Source: a virus (taxonomy: Duplodnaviria > Heunggongvirae > Uroviricota > Caudoviricetes). Taken from it: 48,029 bases of DNA. Location of the stretch: the IMG/VR virus record IMGVR_UViG_3300018475_001475. One strand, written 5' to 3'. Below, piece by piece: positions 1 to 9,942 of the stretch (position 1 is its first letter; every line of letters starts with the position of its first letter). The notes under the pieces were generated by a model, which worked only from the letters and a program-made list of their open reading frames with translations, had not been told where the DNA came from and did not search any database. A program made the translations under genes and the position numbers.

Positions 1-302
1 CAGAACATCACCTCTTCCGCATTAACGATGGACTCTGCGATTTTAGCTTCGATGGCAGCTAATCTTTCTTCCAGATAAAGTTTGCTCACCGCATCACCGT
101 CATCCACAGGGTTTGGCAGGTTCTTCAAAGTGTTACCCAGCAGTTCTTCTACTTCTTCAATACTAACCGCGCTAATGTTTTCTCTAGCCTGAGCTTTCTG
201 TTCATCGGTTAAAGTCTGTTGTGTATATTTAACGACATTATTAATTTCGCCTAATTTTTCATCAATTTGTTGTGCCGTATAAGATAATTTGTATTCAGCC
301 AT
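1..302 (-). CDS. Small fibre-associated protein, 100 aa visible, runs to the window edge (not in ORF track)
   Basis: ATG at 302 with GGAGG SD; MAEYKLSYTAQQIDEKL..QTLTDEQKAQARENI..NLPNPVDDGDAVSKLYLE, motifs typical of phage fibre stalks; ends TG at position 1, so the stop is probably just outside. Confidence 0.75.
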   Translation of the reverse strand, partial: MAEYKLSYTAQQIDEKLGEINNVVKYTQQTLTDEQKAQARENISAVSIEEVEELLGNTLKNLPNPVDDGDAVSKLYLEERLAAIEAKIAESIVNAEEVMF

Positions 303-304
303 AA

Positions 305-478
305 TTATTCATCCTCCTTCGCAGTTAAAAATAATCCATTAATATCCATCAGAATATGTCCATCAGAGGATATGAGCCTAACACCATTCGTAATAGGCAA
401 ATCTGAAAACACGTTCAAATAATATGCAACGCCATCTAGGTTTATTTTAACCTTTTCACCACCTAAGTATAAAGCCAT
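305..478 (-). CDS. Small hypothetical protein, 57 aa (not in ORF track)
   Basis: ATG overlaps upstream TAA (TAATG); MALYLGGEKVKINLDGVAYYLNVFSDLPITNGVRLISSDGHILMDINGLFLTAKEDE; carries the SD of the next gene. Confidence 0.75.
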   Translation of the reverse strand: MALYLGGEKVKINLDGVAYYLNVFSDLPITNGVRLISSDGHILMDINGLFLTAKEDE

Positions 479-2655
479 TAGTCATCATCCTCCCATGTAA
501 TAATTTGAACCTGAGATTTTTGGGCAACCTGGGTGGTTACGTAGTCTTCGGAGGCTAGGCCTGCGATGGATGGAATGTGTGTGTCTGCAGCCAAAGCCCC
601 AACCTCTTCTGCAGTATAAGTGGGCTTAGTAGCCGCTTTGGCCCAGGCAGGGACAGTCGGGTCTGTTTCTGTATAAGACTGCAGAGCAGAATCCACTCTA
701 GCTTTATACTCGTCTGTAAAGTCATTGCTAGACAATCCCTTACCGTCTACTTTATCTACTTTTTTATACAGTGCACTTGTAATTTTATACCATAGATATT
801 TCAGTCCAGCTTTGTCTAGAAAATGAGCTTGTTTAGGCATTGACCCGGTAATTGATAAAGCATAAGATGCATAATAAGTGTCAGCAGTTAAACTAGGAAC
901 GTCGGCAGGTGCATAAGCCGTGCCGTTTGTGTTATACCAATAGCCATCTGCCGGTGTCGGCAGGACTGCGTAATGAGAAGGCTCGGTGGTTGTGCCATCG
1001 CCCTGGAAGGTGAACTTTTCACCCAGGGTGATCTTCTCAAGACGTTGCATGCCGGTGAACATGTTCTGCATTGTAGCTGTTGTGTGTCCGTTAGTGCTGC
1101 CTAAAACGCCATCTTTGGCTTTAGTAGTGTCAAAGCTGCTCAGGTCGAGCTCCTTCAGACTAGAGCAAGACAGGAACATTTCTTCGAAGCCAAGACCGGC
1201 AGAAGTATTAAAGTTCTCAAGACCGATGATCTCCGTCAGCTTGTTCGCACCCTGGAACATCTGGCTAAAGAACTGCACCTTGCTTGTGTTAAATTTAGAC
1301 ACATCAATGCTGGTGTTCTGAATGCTGAGGAACATGGCGTTCATGTTGGTACAAGCAGTAGAAGGTGCCCAGTTATCGACACCGGTGAGGGTCAGATTAC
1401 TATGCGCAAACATGTGGTCGAAGTTTGTGACCTTGCTCACATCCCAGCTGGACACATCCAGGGTCTTCGGGCCTTTGCAGCCATAGAACATGAAGGCCAT
1501 ATCTGTTGCAGAAGATGTGTTCCACTTACTGACGTCCAATTCCTTGATAATCATGGGCGAGTTGCCGTAATTACCACTGGAGAACATATGATTAAAAGTT
1601 GTAACATTGCTCACGTCCCAGTTACTTACATCCAACACATCAAGTGAAATACAATGACTAAACATGCCCTTCATTGTTGTACAAGCAGATGTGTTCCAAT
1701 TAGACGTATCTCCTATTGTTTCTAGGTTTTCACAGGAAGCAAACATGTCTGACATTACTTTACAGGCCGCCGTGTTCCAATTAGAGGTGTCTCCGATGGT
1801 TGTCAGCCTTGTACAAGTAGCGAACATGCCGCCCATGTGCGTAACCTTAGATACATTCCAATTAGATGTATTCAGGGTTGCTAAGGATTCGCACTGGAGG
1901 AACATCGCTTGCATATTCGTACATGCAGCCGTGTTCCAATTGGTGGTATCGCCGATCGTGGTGAGCGCGTGACATTTCTGGAAGGTGGCCGCCATATTGG
2001 TAACATCAGCCGTGTCCCAGTTGGTCATGTTCAGGGCGGTCAGATTGTTACATCCGTTGAAGGTCAGGTACATGCTCGTCAGACTGGAGGTATCCCAGTT
2101 GCTGACATCCAGTTCGGTAAAGGAACAGTACTGGAAGGTGCCGGTCAGATTCTGAACCTTGCTCACATCCCACTTGCTCACATCCAGGGAAACGAGCGCC
2201 ATCTTGGGAAGGCCGTCACTGCCGGCAAACATGGCCATCATGTTGGTTACATTGGAAGTGTCAAATTCGTCTACATCCAGGGTCGTTACTTTAATGAGGT
2301 TCCGGAACATGTTATTCATGTCCGTGGCTTTGCTGGTATTCAGCAGATTCAGACCATTGATGGCCGTAACAGAAGTGAAGTAATCCTTCTTGGCACTGTC
2401 AGCGAATGCGTAGCTGGAATTCGGGTTGGCAAAAACCTTGCCGGAACCGTTGCCGGCAATGATCAACTTCGTGCCTTCCACGTAAGCCATGACACTGCCG
2501 TCCTTGGCTGCGGATGCGTCCCAAGAGGCGGTGACGGTGCCGGCAGGAGTGTAGCTGTCCTTGATCTCAATCTCTGTAATGGAGGATCTCTTGACTGTCG
2601 TGCCGCCCTGGGTGAACCAGGTGCTGTTTGGTGCTAAAATAGGCTGTACACTCAT
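478..2655 (-). CDS. DUF285/BspA-like leucine-rich-repeat protein with C-terminal phage fibre/attachment module
   Basis: Many LxxLDVSxWDTSxVTxMxxMFxxC repeats; C-terminus FLDKAGLKYLW..KVDKVDGKGLSSNDFTDEYK..TETDPTVPAWAK..YTAEEVGA is typical of phage fibre proteins. Confidence 0.85.
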   Translation of the reverse strand: MSVQPILAPNSTWFTQGGTTVKRSSITEIEIKDSYTPAGTVTASWDASAAKDGSVMAYVEGTKLIIAGNGSGKVFANPNSSYAFADSAKKDYFTSVTAINGLNLLNTSKATDMNNMFRNLIKVTTLDVDEFDTSNVTNMMAMFAGSDGLPKMALVSLDVSKWDVSKVQNLTGTFQYCSFTELDVSNWDTSSLTSMYLTFNGCNNLTALNMTNWDTADVTNMAATFQKCHALTTIGDTTNWNTAACTNMQAMFLQCESLATLNTSNWNVSKVTHMGGMFATCTRLTTIGDTSNWNTAACKVMSDMFASCENLETIGDTSNWNTSACTTMKGMFSHCISLDVLDVSNWDVSNVTTFNHMFSSGNYGNSPMIIKELDVSKWNTSSATDMAFMFYGCKGPKTLDVSSWDVSKVTNFDHMFAHSNLTLTGVDNWAPSTACTNMNAMFLSIQNTSIDVSKFNTSKVQFFSQMFQGANKLTEIIGLENFNTSAGLGFEEMFLSCSSLKELDLSSFDTTKAKDGVLGSTNGHTTATMQNMFTGMQRLEKITLGEKFTFQGDGTTTEPSHYAVLPTPADGYWYNTNGTAYAPADVPSLTADTYYASYALSITGSMPKQAHFLDKAGLKYLWYKITSALYKKVDKVDGKGLSSNDFTDEYKARVDSALQSYTETDPTVPAWAKAATKPTYTAEEVGALAADTHIPSIAGLASEDYVTTQVAQKSQVQIITWEDDD
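1050..2360 (-). repeat. Tandem about 25-27 aa LRR units (DUF285 type); boundaries approximate
   Basis: Recurring WDVSKV/WDTSSL/WNTAAC units; IGDT(T/S)NWNT(A/S)AC three times. Confidence 0.85.
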
Positions 2656-2897
2656 TAGAAGTCTACCTCCTTACAGATTTCATCAATTTCATCGGTAGTA
2701 ATTGCGTCATGACAGAACGGTATGTCATTTACGTTTGTCACACCGTCACCAATCTTAATACGCTCGTAAGAATAATTTTCGTCTACGTCGTAGACAATAA
2801 GCTCTCCCTTCATGGGGGTGAAATTTATTGCCAACTGCCAGTTTGCCTCAATATCGTGTTTATGCACGATTCGGGCATTTAAAATTTTTTCAGCCAT
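2655..2897 (-). CDS. Stand-alone Mtd_N-like (major tropism determinant N-terminal) domain protein
   Basis: RIVHKHDIEANW..PMKGELIVYD..RIKIGDGVTNVNDIPF. Confidence 0.75.
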   Translation of the reverse strand: MAEKILNARIVHKHDIEANWQLAINFTPMKGELIVYDVDENYSYERIKIGDGVTNVNDIPFCHDAITTDEIDEICKEVDF

Positions 2898-2936
2898 TTT
2901 ACATTTCTCCTTTAAATTATCGGTTTCAAATTTTGG

Positions 2937-2968
2937 AGAAAAGGTGGGGCATCATTTCAGCCCCACCT
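2937..2968 (-). terminator. Intrinsic terminator
   Basis: AGGTGGGGC-N9-GCCCCACCT stem followed by TTTCT on the minus strand. Confidence 0.75.
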
Positions 2969-2987
2969 GTTCTTACGTCTTTATAAA

Positions 2988-4793
2988 TTAGGCAGTAACA
3001 CCAGAGTTACCGCAATCAAACACGAAGATAATGTTCTCGTCAATCTCAATAGCAATGTTATTGTCAGTTCTGGTAGCTTTTAGTCCGCTGTCAGCAGCAG
3101 CAGTTACGGTCTCAACCTTGGCATCCCATTTGGCCTTGTCACCAGAAGCAATTAGATCAAGCTCAGACTTATTAGCATGATCATGTTTCTTAGCAACTGC
3201 GTCAGCCAAATTAGCCTCGGTCTGAGTGTATGTATCTAGTAGCTCTTTGTTAGCGTGCTCGTGTGACTTCCCCTCAACAGCCTGCATTCTGGCATCCATT
3301 GCAGTATTTAGACCGTCAGCATGACCCTCTGCAGCAGTCTGAGCGTCTGAGATCTTACCCTCTAGCTCGGTCTTAGCTGCGGAAAGAGCGCCAGCAGCAG
3401 TAGTTTCTGCTGCGGACTGAGCAGCAGCTGCGGCACCCTTATCATCATAAGCGCCATTCGCACGAAGAACTTCCGCATCAATAGCGGCCTTTACGTCAGC
3501 ATCAATAGCATCATCAATCTGTTTATTGGTATAGTCATTAGCATGTGCCTCATTGTAGGCATTAAAAGTAGCAGCATCTAGCTTGGTCTCAGCAAGAGCC
3601 TTTGCACCAACTTCGTTATCCCAGTTGGAAATCTGAGTAGCAGTGATACCATAAGCAGGCTTACCCTCAATGACTTCAACCTTACCCTCTAGAACATCAA
3701 TGGCAGCGCCCATCTCAGCAGCTTCGCCACCATGAGTGTTAAGGTACTCAACAAGGTTAGCTAGACCAGTAATGGCATCTCCGTCAACAGCGCCAGCAAT
3801 AACGCCGTCAACGATATCTTTAACTTCCTGCTCAGTGGTGTACTGTGCTAGGTTGGCATCAGAAATTAGACCATCAGCATAAGATTTAGCTCTGGTTTCT
3901 GCGCCGATAGGCTCATAAGTAGTAGCTAGGTTTAGACCAGTAATCTTGGTGTCGATCTGAGAATTGACTTCATCTTCAGTTCTAGCAGCCTCAGCAGTAG
4001 CTTTAACACCAGCTAGAGCAGTATTGTTGGACTGCACGTATGCGGCTAGATCATCAGCGACCTGCTTAACGTTTGCCTTGGTCTCAAAGTCAGCAATATC
4101 GGCAGCAACAACATAGTCGTCCTCGATAACTTTGATTCTTCTATCCTGCTCGTCGTCAATAGCTTTCTGCGCTTCGGCGGTCTTATAGTTGGCAAACTTA
4201 GAATCCACCGCTTCAACCTCAGTCTTTAGAGCGTGAGTTTCGGAGGAGGCCTCTAGAGCGGAGACTCTAGTGTTCATGGCAGAATCCTTACCATCGGTGT
4301 AAGCATTTGCATCAACTAGGGCTTGAGCGGCTGCACCCTTAGCATCATAGGTCTCGCTTAGTTTTAGAGCAGCAATAGCATCAGCAATGGACTTTGCAAC
4401 AGAGCCAGCAGTTTCTGCATTACCATTTAGGGTTGCAATATCTGTCTCAGTTTTAGTTACACGACCAGCTAGAGTTTCCATGGCCTCGCTAGAAGCAATA
4501 CCCGCGTCGGCAATAACACCGTTTACGAAGGCTTTTAAGCCATCTTCAGTCTTACATGCAGCCAGTACATCAGATGCTTTGGCATAAAAACTCCAAGGTA
4601 GTTCCGCAAAAGTCTTTTCTTCCGCTGTGCCGATCTTCATCATTACAACAGGTTCTGTAAGCCCAGTGCCAGCGGATGCTGCAACGGTAGCTAGACAAAT
4701 TTCACCCTGTTTAATTTTTAAAGAAGACTTTCCCCAATTTTCTAGAGTGTCAATTTTATTTAGAATTCTAGTCTGTAAAATTTTCTCAGCCAT
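2988..4793 (-). CDS. Coiled-coil fibre protein with N-terminal Mtd_N-like domain
   Basis: N-terminus RILNKIDTLENW..KQGEICL..MKIGT..TFAELPW; long Ala-rich coiled coil with YDAKGAA and LNGNAETAGSV repeats; ends VFDCGNSGVTA. Confidence 0.75.
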   Translation of the reverse strand: MAEKILQTRILNKIDTLENWGKSSLKIKQGEICLATVAASAGTGLTEPVVMMKIGTAEEKTFAELPWSFYAKASDVLAACKTEDGLKAFVNGVIADAGIASSEAMETLAGRVTKTETDIATLNGNAETAGSVAKSIADAIAALKLSETYDAKGAAAQALVDANAYTDGKDSAMNTRVSALEASSETHALKTEVEAVDSKFANYKTAEAQKAIDDEQDRRIKVIEDDYVVAADIADFETKANVKQVADDLAAYVQSNNTALAGVKATAEAARTEDEVNSQIDTKITGLNLATTYEPIGAETRAKSYADGLISDANLAQYTTEQEVKDIVDGVIAGAVDGDAITGLANLVEYLNTHGGEAAEMGAAIDVLEGKVEVIEGKPAYGITATQISNWDNEVGAKALAETKLDAATFNAYNEAHANDYTNKQIDDAIDADVKAAIDAEVLRANGAYDDKGAAAAAQSAAETTAAGALSAAKTELEGKISDAQTAAEGHADGLNTAMDARMQAVEGKSHEHANKELLDTYTQTEANLADAVAKKHDHANKSELDLIASGDKAKWDAKVETVTAAADSGLKATRTDNNIAIEIDENIIFVFDCGNSGVTA

Positions 4794-4835
4794 AATTAAA
4801 TTTCTCCTTTAATTAAATATATTTTCTATATTAGG

Positions 4836-4862
4836 CTTATGAGGAGAGTAACCCCTCATAAG
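4836..4862 (-). other. Intergenic 9-bp hairpin with no U-tract
   Basis: CTTATGAGG / CCTCATAAG inverted repeat between two fibre genes; possible stabiliser or processing site. Confidence 0.5.
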
Positions 4863-4872
4863 TCTATATAAT

Positions 4873-4888
4873 ATTAATTTTGTATTGT
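4873..4888 (-). promoter_or_regulatory. ACAATACAAAATTAAT motif (perfect copy)
   Basis: Identical 16-mer also at 14295 and 29421. Confidence 0.65.
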
Positions 4889-7683
4889 TAAATAGAAGCC
4901 TTGCCGCCGTTTAGTACTAATACTTCGCCATCGGTTTGTACTAGCTTGTTAACATTGATAGAATTAACTTCCATAGTGCCATCAGCAGAGACCGCAACCT
5001 TATTCTCTGCGGAACTACCCATCACTAGACCAAGCACAGAATCAGTAGCAACCTTAGGAGCATTTGCGGCGATCATTGCAAGCACAGACCCCTCGGTATC
5101 AGCAGAGCCATTTAGCTTAGCAATCGCAGCGGCATTAGCAGCGATGTCAGAGTTCATCTTAGCCGCACCAGTGGTGTCGCTAACAATCCAGGCCGCAATT
5201 TCATTTAGAGTGTCAATATTACCATCATTGTTCTCATTAACAATCTTAGCAATTTCCTGAGCAACCTTGTAATCAACAGAACCCTCAGTCTTGTCGTCGC
5301 CATTTAGAACGGCGATAGCGTCAGCATTCTTCTTAATATCGGCCTTAACCTGAGCATCATCATAAGTAGCAGCAGTCTGAGCGTCAGCAATCATCTGAAC
5401 AAGTGTCTTGCCATCTGCGGGAGCGCCAGTGATGGCATTTACTTCGGCCTTGGTGTAAACATCAGCAGCATTAGCCTTCTTGCCAATCTCGGTATTAATG
5501 CCAGGAATTGTAGTCTCGTTTATAGTTGCAATGGCAGTAGCATTCTTTGCGATATCAGCAACAGCTGCATCAAGAGCAGTCTGCTCAGCTTTGCCAGCAA
5601 TAGAAGTGGTGTGACCAGACACAATCTCCATTAGAGTATTGTACTGAGCAGTGTGCTCATTCTGGAAGTTCTCTAGAGTGCCAATCTTAGTAGCATGCTC
5701 ACCAATGGTTGTGGTGTGTCCAGCAACGGTAGTGCTTAGACCGCCAATAGTAGCAGCGTTGGCCTCAGCAGCGGCTTTTGCTTCATTAGCAGTAATCTGA
5801 GCAGCAGAAGCATCATTTACACCCTTATTGGCCTGATTTTGAGCTGCGGTAATGCGAGCATCAAAGCCACTGTCATCAGTAATATCGGAGAACTTGGTAG
5901 GAACGGTAATGTCAACAGCCTTGTTCTCATCAGGAGTTAGTTCTTTACCATTAACCTTAACAACCTCAATAATGTTAACATCGGCGTCATCTTCGATGTC
6001 CTTTAGTTTTTCATTGATGGTAGCAATACTTTCGGTATTAGCCTTAACCTTAGGGTCGTTCTCATTCTTGTAATTCTGTAGAGCAAGAGCAACAGAAGCA
6101 GCAGTTTCAGAAGAACCACCCTGAGCGGCGGATAGAGTCTCCTCGGCCTTTTTGTTAATGTAAGCAACAACGGTGCCTAGATCCTTGTAGGCATCATCAC
6201 CAGTTGTAAACTCACCAACATATGCCTTTGTCGCATATAGACCTGCGGCGTCAGCTTTAGCATCAGCTAGAGCCTGATTTGCCTTAGTGGTAGCATCACC
6301 GGCTGCAGCATCGATAGCTTCCTGCTTAGCAGTAGCAATCTTTCCATCGGCATCAGCAATTGCTTCGGCCTTAGCGGTAGCGGCAGCACCGTGAGCGTCA
6401 TAAGTGCCCTCAGGAATAACGTCCTGCTTGCCCTCTAATAGCTCAGTGAGAGCCTCGGTGTTAGTATAACCAGCAAACTTAGCGTCCACATCATCTAGCT
6501 CAGACTTCTTAACATAAGGAGCATCTTCAATAGCCTTAACACGAGTGTCAATACCATCAACGGTAGTCTTATCAGCCTTTAGAGCTAGAGCATCAACCAT
6601 ATCAGTAGCGTCAGCCATATTATCTAGCTCAGCCTTGATCTCCTTTAGGGTATTAACAGTAGCGTCAACTTCCTCGCTCTTCATGAAGGTGTCGATAGCG
6701 CTCTTGGCGTACTCTGCAATCTCACGGATAGCGGCATCCTCATCTTCTAGAGCCTGCTTGTCGGTAGCATAAGCCTCTGTATCAACCTTGGTCTCAGCTA
6801 GAGCATAAGCAGCGTCAGCACGATCCTTAGCAACCTTTACGTCTGCATCAATCTCAGCAGAGATTTCAGTTCTGGCAGCAGCTAGAGCATCAGAAGCAGT
6901 CTTTTCTGCACCACTCTTGGCATCGGCAATAGCTTGAGTGTTCTCGCCCTTAAAGGTATTAAAATCCTCAGTAGCAACATAATCACCTAGAGCAGCCTCT
7001 AGCTCTTCCTCATCAATATAATCAATAGCATCAATACGCTCACCTAGAGCCTTCTCTGCGGCATCAGCACGAGCGGCCTCGTCAGCGATAGCCTTGAATA
7101 GACCAGTAGCAGCAACAGCATCGCCAGCACCCTCAGAAGACTCAGGCTTAGCGGCAACACCAACGGCAGACTCAAGAGCATCGATGTCATTTTCAACAGT
7201 ATCAACACGCTTAGTTAAGGCATCAATTAGAGTAGCTAGACCCTCAACGGTAGTCTTGCTAGGCTCAACCCAAACAAGACCATCCTTAGTCATTAGGGGC
7301 TGATACTGAACAGATTCTTTCTCACCAGTGGGTTGGTCGTCCTCACCAAGAATGTCACGCTCGAATACTAGCGCTCCAACTCCCTTTAGACTAACAGTGC
7401 CATCAACAGCGACAACAATAGACTTCTCGTCACCTACAGGCTTAGCACCAAGTTCCTTTAGGTTACCAGCGGCGTCCTCAATGCCATAGTGAGTAACAAC
7501 GCCATTTTCAACAACAACGATCTTCTGACCGATGTAGGCCTGAGCGCCAGCAGCATAAGTCTTTGCGGCCTCTAGGCTGTAATACACCTCACTAGCGTCT
7601 AGTGGCTGACCATTAGCACGAGCAAAGGATTTATCAAGAGTTAAAAGAGATTTAGCAGCAATCTCACCATATAATTTTGCCAT
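4888..7683 (-). CDS. Long coiled-coil fibre/whisker protein (931 aa)
   Basis: N-terminal FARANGQPLDAS..YIGQKIVVV domain seen in phage fibres; Ala-rich heptads; repeats shared with 2988..4793; ends LVLNGGKASI. Confidence 0.75.
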   Translation of the reverse strand: MAKLYGEIAAKSLLTLDKSFARANGQPLDASEVYYSLEAAKTYAAGAQAYIGQKIVVVENGVVTHYGIEDAAGNLKELGAKPVGDEKSIVVAVDGTVSLKGVGALVFERDILGEDDQPTGEKESVQYQPLMTKDGLVWVEPSKTTVEGLATLIDALTKRVDTVENDIDALESAVGVAAKPESSEGAGDAVAATGLFKAIADEAARADAAEKALGERIDAIDYIDEEELEAALGDYVATEDFNTFKGENTQAIADAKSGAEKTASDALAAARTEISAEIDADVKVAKDRADAAYALAETKVDTEAYATDKQALEDEDAAIREIAEYAKSAIDTFMKSEEVDATVNTLKEIKAELDNMADATDMVDALALKADKTTVDGIDTRVKAIEDAPYVKKSELDDVDAKFAGYTNTEALTELLEGKQDVIPEGTYDAHGAAATAKAEAIADADGKIATAKQEAIDAAAGDATTKANQALADAKADAAGLYATKAYVGEFTTGDDAYKDLGTVVAYINKKAEETLSAAQGGSSETAASVALALQNYKNENDPKVKANTESIATINEKLKDIEDDADVNIIEVVKVNGKELTPDENKAVDITVPTKFSDITDDSGFDARITAAQNQANKGVNDASAAQITANEAKAAAEANAATIGGLSTTVAGHTTTIGEHATKIGTLENFQNEHTAQYNTLMEIVSGHTTSIAGKAEQTALDAAVADIAKNATAIATINETTIPGINTEIGKKANAADVYTKAEVNAITGAPADGKTLVQMIADAQTAATYDDAQVKADIKKNADAIAVLNGDDKTEGSVDYKVAQEIAKIVNENNDGNIDTLNEIAAWIVSDTTGAAKMNSDIAANAAAIAKLNGSADTEGSVLAMIAANAPKVATDSVLGLVMGSSAENKVAVSADGTMEVNSINVNKLVQTDGEVLVLNGGKASI

Positions 7684-7703
7684 AGTTCGTTTACCTCCTT
7701 TAA

Positions 7704-9074
7704 TTACTTAAACCAAACACGGAATTTGGTAGATTCAGCCTGTAAAGGAGTGTCTAGCTCCCAGCAGTATAGCTTGTAGGCAACAGCACCATTTAGAGTG
7801 CCATCCTCATTAGTACCACGGTAGTCTGCAACCTGAATATTATCTTTAGCAACAATATCGGTATTTTCGCCCCATGCTAGACCAAACATCTCGAAATAAG
7901 GAGTGCCAGTCCAGGTAGCAGGATAAGCAAAGAACACCTTGGTTGCACCAGAGGCAGCAGTAAACTCAAGAGCTTCGCCCTCAGTGTCCATAGAAGACTT
8001 AGAACTCTTCTTAGCAGCCATGCTACGAACAACGGCGGAATCGATAGTTGCAGCGGTAGAACCGCCAGCAAAAGCATAACGATAGCCAGAGAAAGTAACG
8101 GTCTTATCTGCAATAGTTACATCTCCCGCAGGAATCTGAGCGGTAGCATATGCGTTGCCAAGGTTGGTTACAGGAACTTTACCAGCAGAATAAGAAGCTG
8201 TGCCAGAGAAGGTGTAGCTCTTAGAAGTGTCGGCGTAAAGTACCTTATCACCAGAAGCCTTTAAAGTAATTGTGCTATCCTTAGCCATTACCGCGTCGTT
8301 AGTTTTATAGTTAGTTGCAGTTGCGGGATCTGCGCCCTCAGCAAGTTTAACACTACCAACTGCAAAAGTAATTCCAGTTGCTTTGTCACCATACTCATAA
8401 GAACCGACATCAGTAATCTTTAGAGTGGCAGTAGGAACGGTGTATTCACTACCGACCTCGCCGGAACCACCAGCAGCGGTAATCTCAGCATTGGGCTTAT
8501 CGTTTGCGGTAGGATATAGTTCCTGCTGTAGCATGCCACTTAGTAAAGATTCTAGAGAAGTGCCAGCGGCAATAGTCTTGCCCTTGTTATAGTTACCAAC
8601 AGATGCAAAAGAACCAGCAAGCTCAATCTTGTTCTTTAGGAAAACATTAGTGGCGCTGTAGTTGCCATCCATTGCACTCCAACCGTGAGTTGAGTCGTCG
8701 CCTTCAACATCTAGAGCAGCGTCGTAAACATAGGAAGTGTAAGAATACTTGCCATCAGCGATAGCAGCCTTAACAATAGCTACATCACCATCCTGCTTTT
8801 CAGCATTCTCTAGATTAACCTGTGCTTCGATGGCAGCAATGTCGTCTGTACTACCAGCGGGTAGCTCTACCTGGAAAACATTAGCAGACTTAACGTCGCT
8901 ACCAATGTAAGGTAATACGCTCCATAGATGTTCTCCGTCGCCTGCCTTGATCTTAACATTACCATCTGCTAGGTATTCAAGACCCATTTCACCAGTTTTT
9001 AGCACTACGGTGGAATCAGCCCACTCTGCGGTAGTACCCTGGCGTAAAGTAATAATTGTTCTAAGTTCGGCCAT
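7704..9074 (-). CDS. Mtd_N-domain virion protein with beta-rich (Ig-like) C-terminal part
   Basis: TLRQGTTAEW..VLKTGEMGLE..KIKAGDG..SVLPY; Thr/Ser/Gly-rich beta-strand pattern downstream. Confidence 0.75.
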   Translation of the reverse strand: MAELRTIITLRQGTTAEWADSTVVLKTGEMGLEYLADGNVKIKAGDGEHLWSVLPYIGSDVKSANVFQVELPAGSTDDIAAIEAQVNLENAEKQDGDVAIVKAAIADGKYSYTSYVYDAALDVEGDDSTHGWSAMDGNYSATNVFLKNKIELAGSFASVGNYNKGKTIAAGTSLESLLSGMLQQELYPTANDKPNAEITAAGGSGEVGSEYTVPTATLKITDVGSYEYGDKATGITFAVGSVKLAEGADPATATNYKTNDAVMAKDSTITLKASGDKVLYADTSKSYTFSGTASYSAGKVPVTNLGNAYATAQIPAGDVTIADKTVTFSGYRYAFAGGSTAATIDSAVVRSMAAKKSSKSSMDTEGEALEFTAASGATKVFFAYPATWTGTPYFEMFGLAWGENTDIVAKDNIQVADYRGTNEDGTLNGAVAYKLYCWELDTPLQAESTKFRVWFK

Positions 9075-9418
9075 TATGCATTTCCTCCATTAATTAAATT
9101 TATTTTACTCGGATCAAATACCCCGCCATTGCTTAGTGGCTCGTACATTGATTCCGTAGTATTCCATTGATATAAGGCTTTTTCGTCGCCTACTTTATAA
9201 ATACAATTGGCATCACCTACAGACGGCAGGTCTGTATATGTATCTGCACAAAAAGTATCCCCATAACCAATATAAGGTAGGTCACACCAGGCAGTAGTAC
9301 CATCACCAATTTTTAATTTCTTTGTATCATATTCAAAACCAGGTTCACCTGCAGCCAAAACAGGGTTGACTTCTACCCAGCGGGCTGAGGTGCCTCTTTT
9401 TAGTTGTAATTCAGACAT
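9074..9418 (-). CDS. Mtd_N-domain protein
   Basis: LQLKRGTSARWVEVNPVLAAGEPGFEYDTKKLKIGDGTTAWCDLPY is a near-consensus match; ends LINGGNA. Confidence 0.85.
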   Translation of the reverse strand: MSELQLKRGTSARWVEVNPVLAAGEPGFEYDTKKLKIGDGTTAWCDLPYIGYGDTFCADTYTDLPSVGDANCIYKVGDEKALYQWNTTESMYEPLSNGGVFDPSKINLINGGNA

Positions 9419-9421
9419 CTC

Positions 9422-9916
9422 TTAAATCTCCCCATAGTCAGTATTTGCAGTTTCAATATTTTGAATTTGTTCGTTAATATAAGTTTTTAAACTTTCTTCC
9501 AGTTCTTCGACTGCTTCTGCATCGACCTTCATATCTAAGGTCTGCTGCACTGCAATCATTTCTGTTTTAGTTGTTTCCATTTGAGTAATAAGATTTGTGA
9601 CGTTCTCTTGTACTTCAACAACATCAGTCTCCCCAACTTGCTCTTCCATAGCGTCAACATCTTCTTGCATTGCTTCCATAGCCATTTTGATGGTTTGAAT
9701 TTCTGCCTGCAATGTGTTATCATCTCCGCCGCTAGAGTTGCCAAAGACCGGCAAATTTTCATAAGTCGTCTTGCCATCACCAATTCGCAGAGTTTTCAGA
9801 TCTACATCGTAGCAAGGTTCACCAGAGGCCGGAACAACGTCTTTGTTCAACTCCCAATTTTCTGTCTTATCTCTACGAAATTGGAATATGGTTTTAATTC
9901 TTTTAATTGTAGCCAT
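9422..9916 (-). CDS. Mtd_N-domain protein with coiled-coil tail
   Basis: FQFRRDKTENW..PASGEPCYDVDLKTLRIGDGKTTYENLP. Confidence 0.8.
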   Translation of the reverse strand: MATIKRIKTIFQFRRDKTENWELNKDVVPASGEPCYDVDLKTLRIGDGKTTYENLPVFGNSSGGDDNTLQAEIQTIKMAMEAMQEDVDAMEEQVGETDVVEVQENVTNLITQMETTKTEMIAVQQTLDMKVDAEAVEELEESLKTYINEQIQNIETANTDYGEI

Positions 9917-9942
9917 TATTTCACCCGCAATCTAATTAAGTG

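Noticed and set aside
1909-2637. 242-aa + strand ORF and other antisense ORFs over the LRR and fibre genes
   Set aside because: Shadow frames of codon-biased minus-strand genes; no SD, no recognisable motifs
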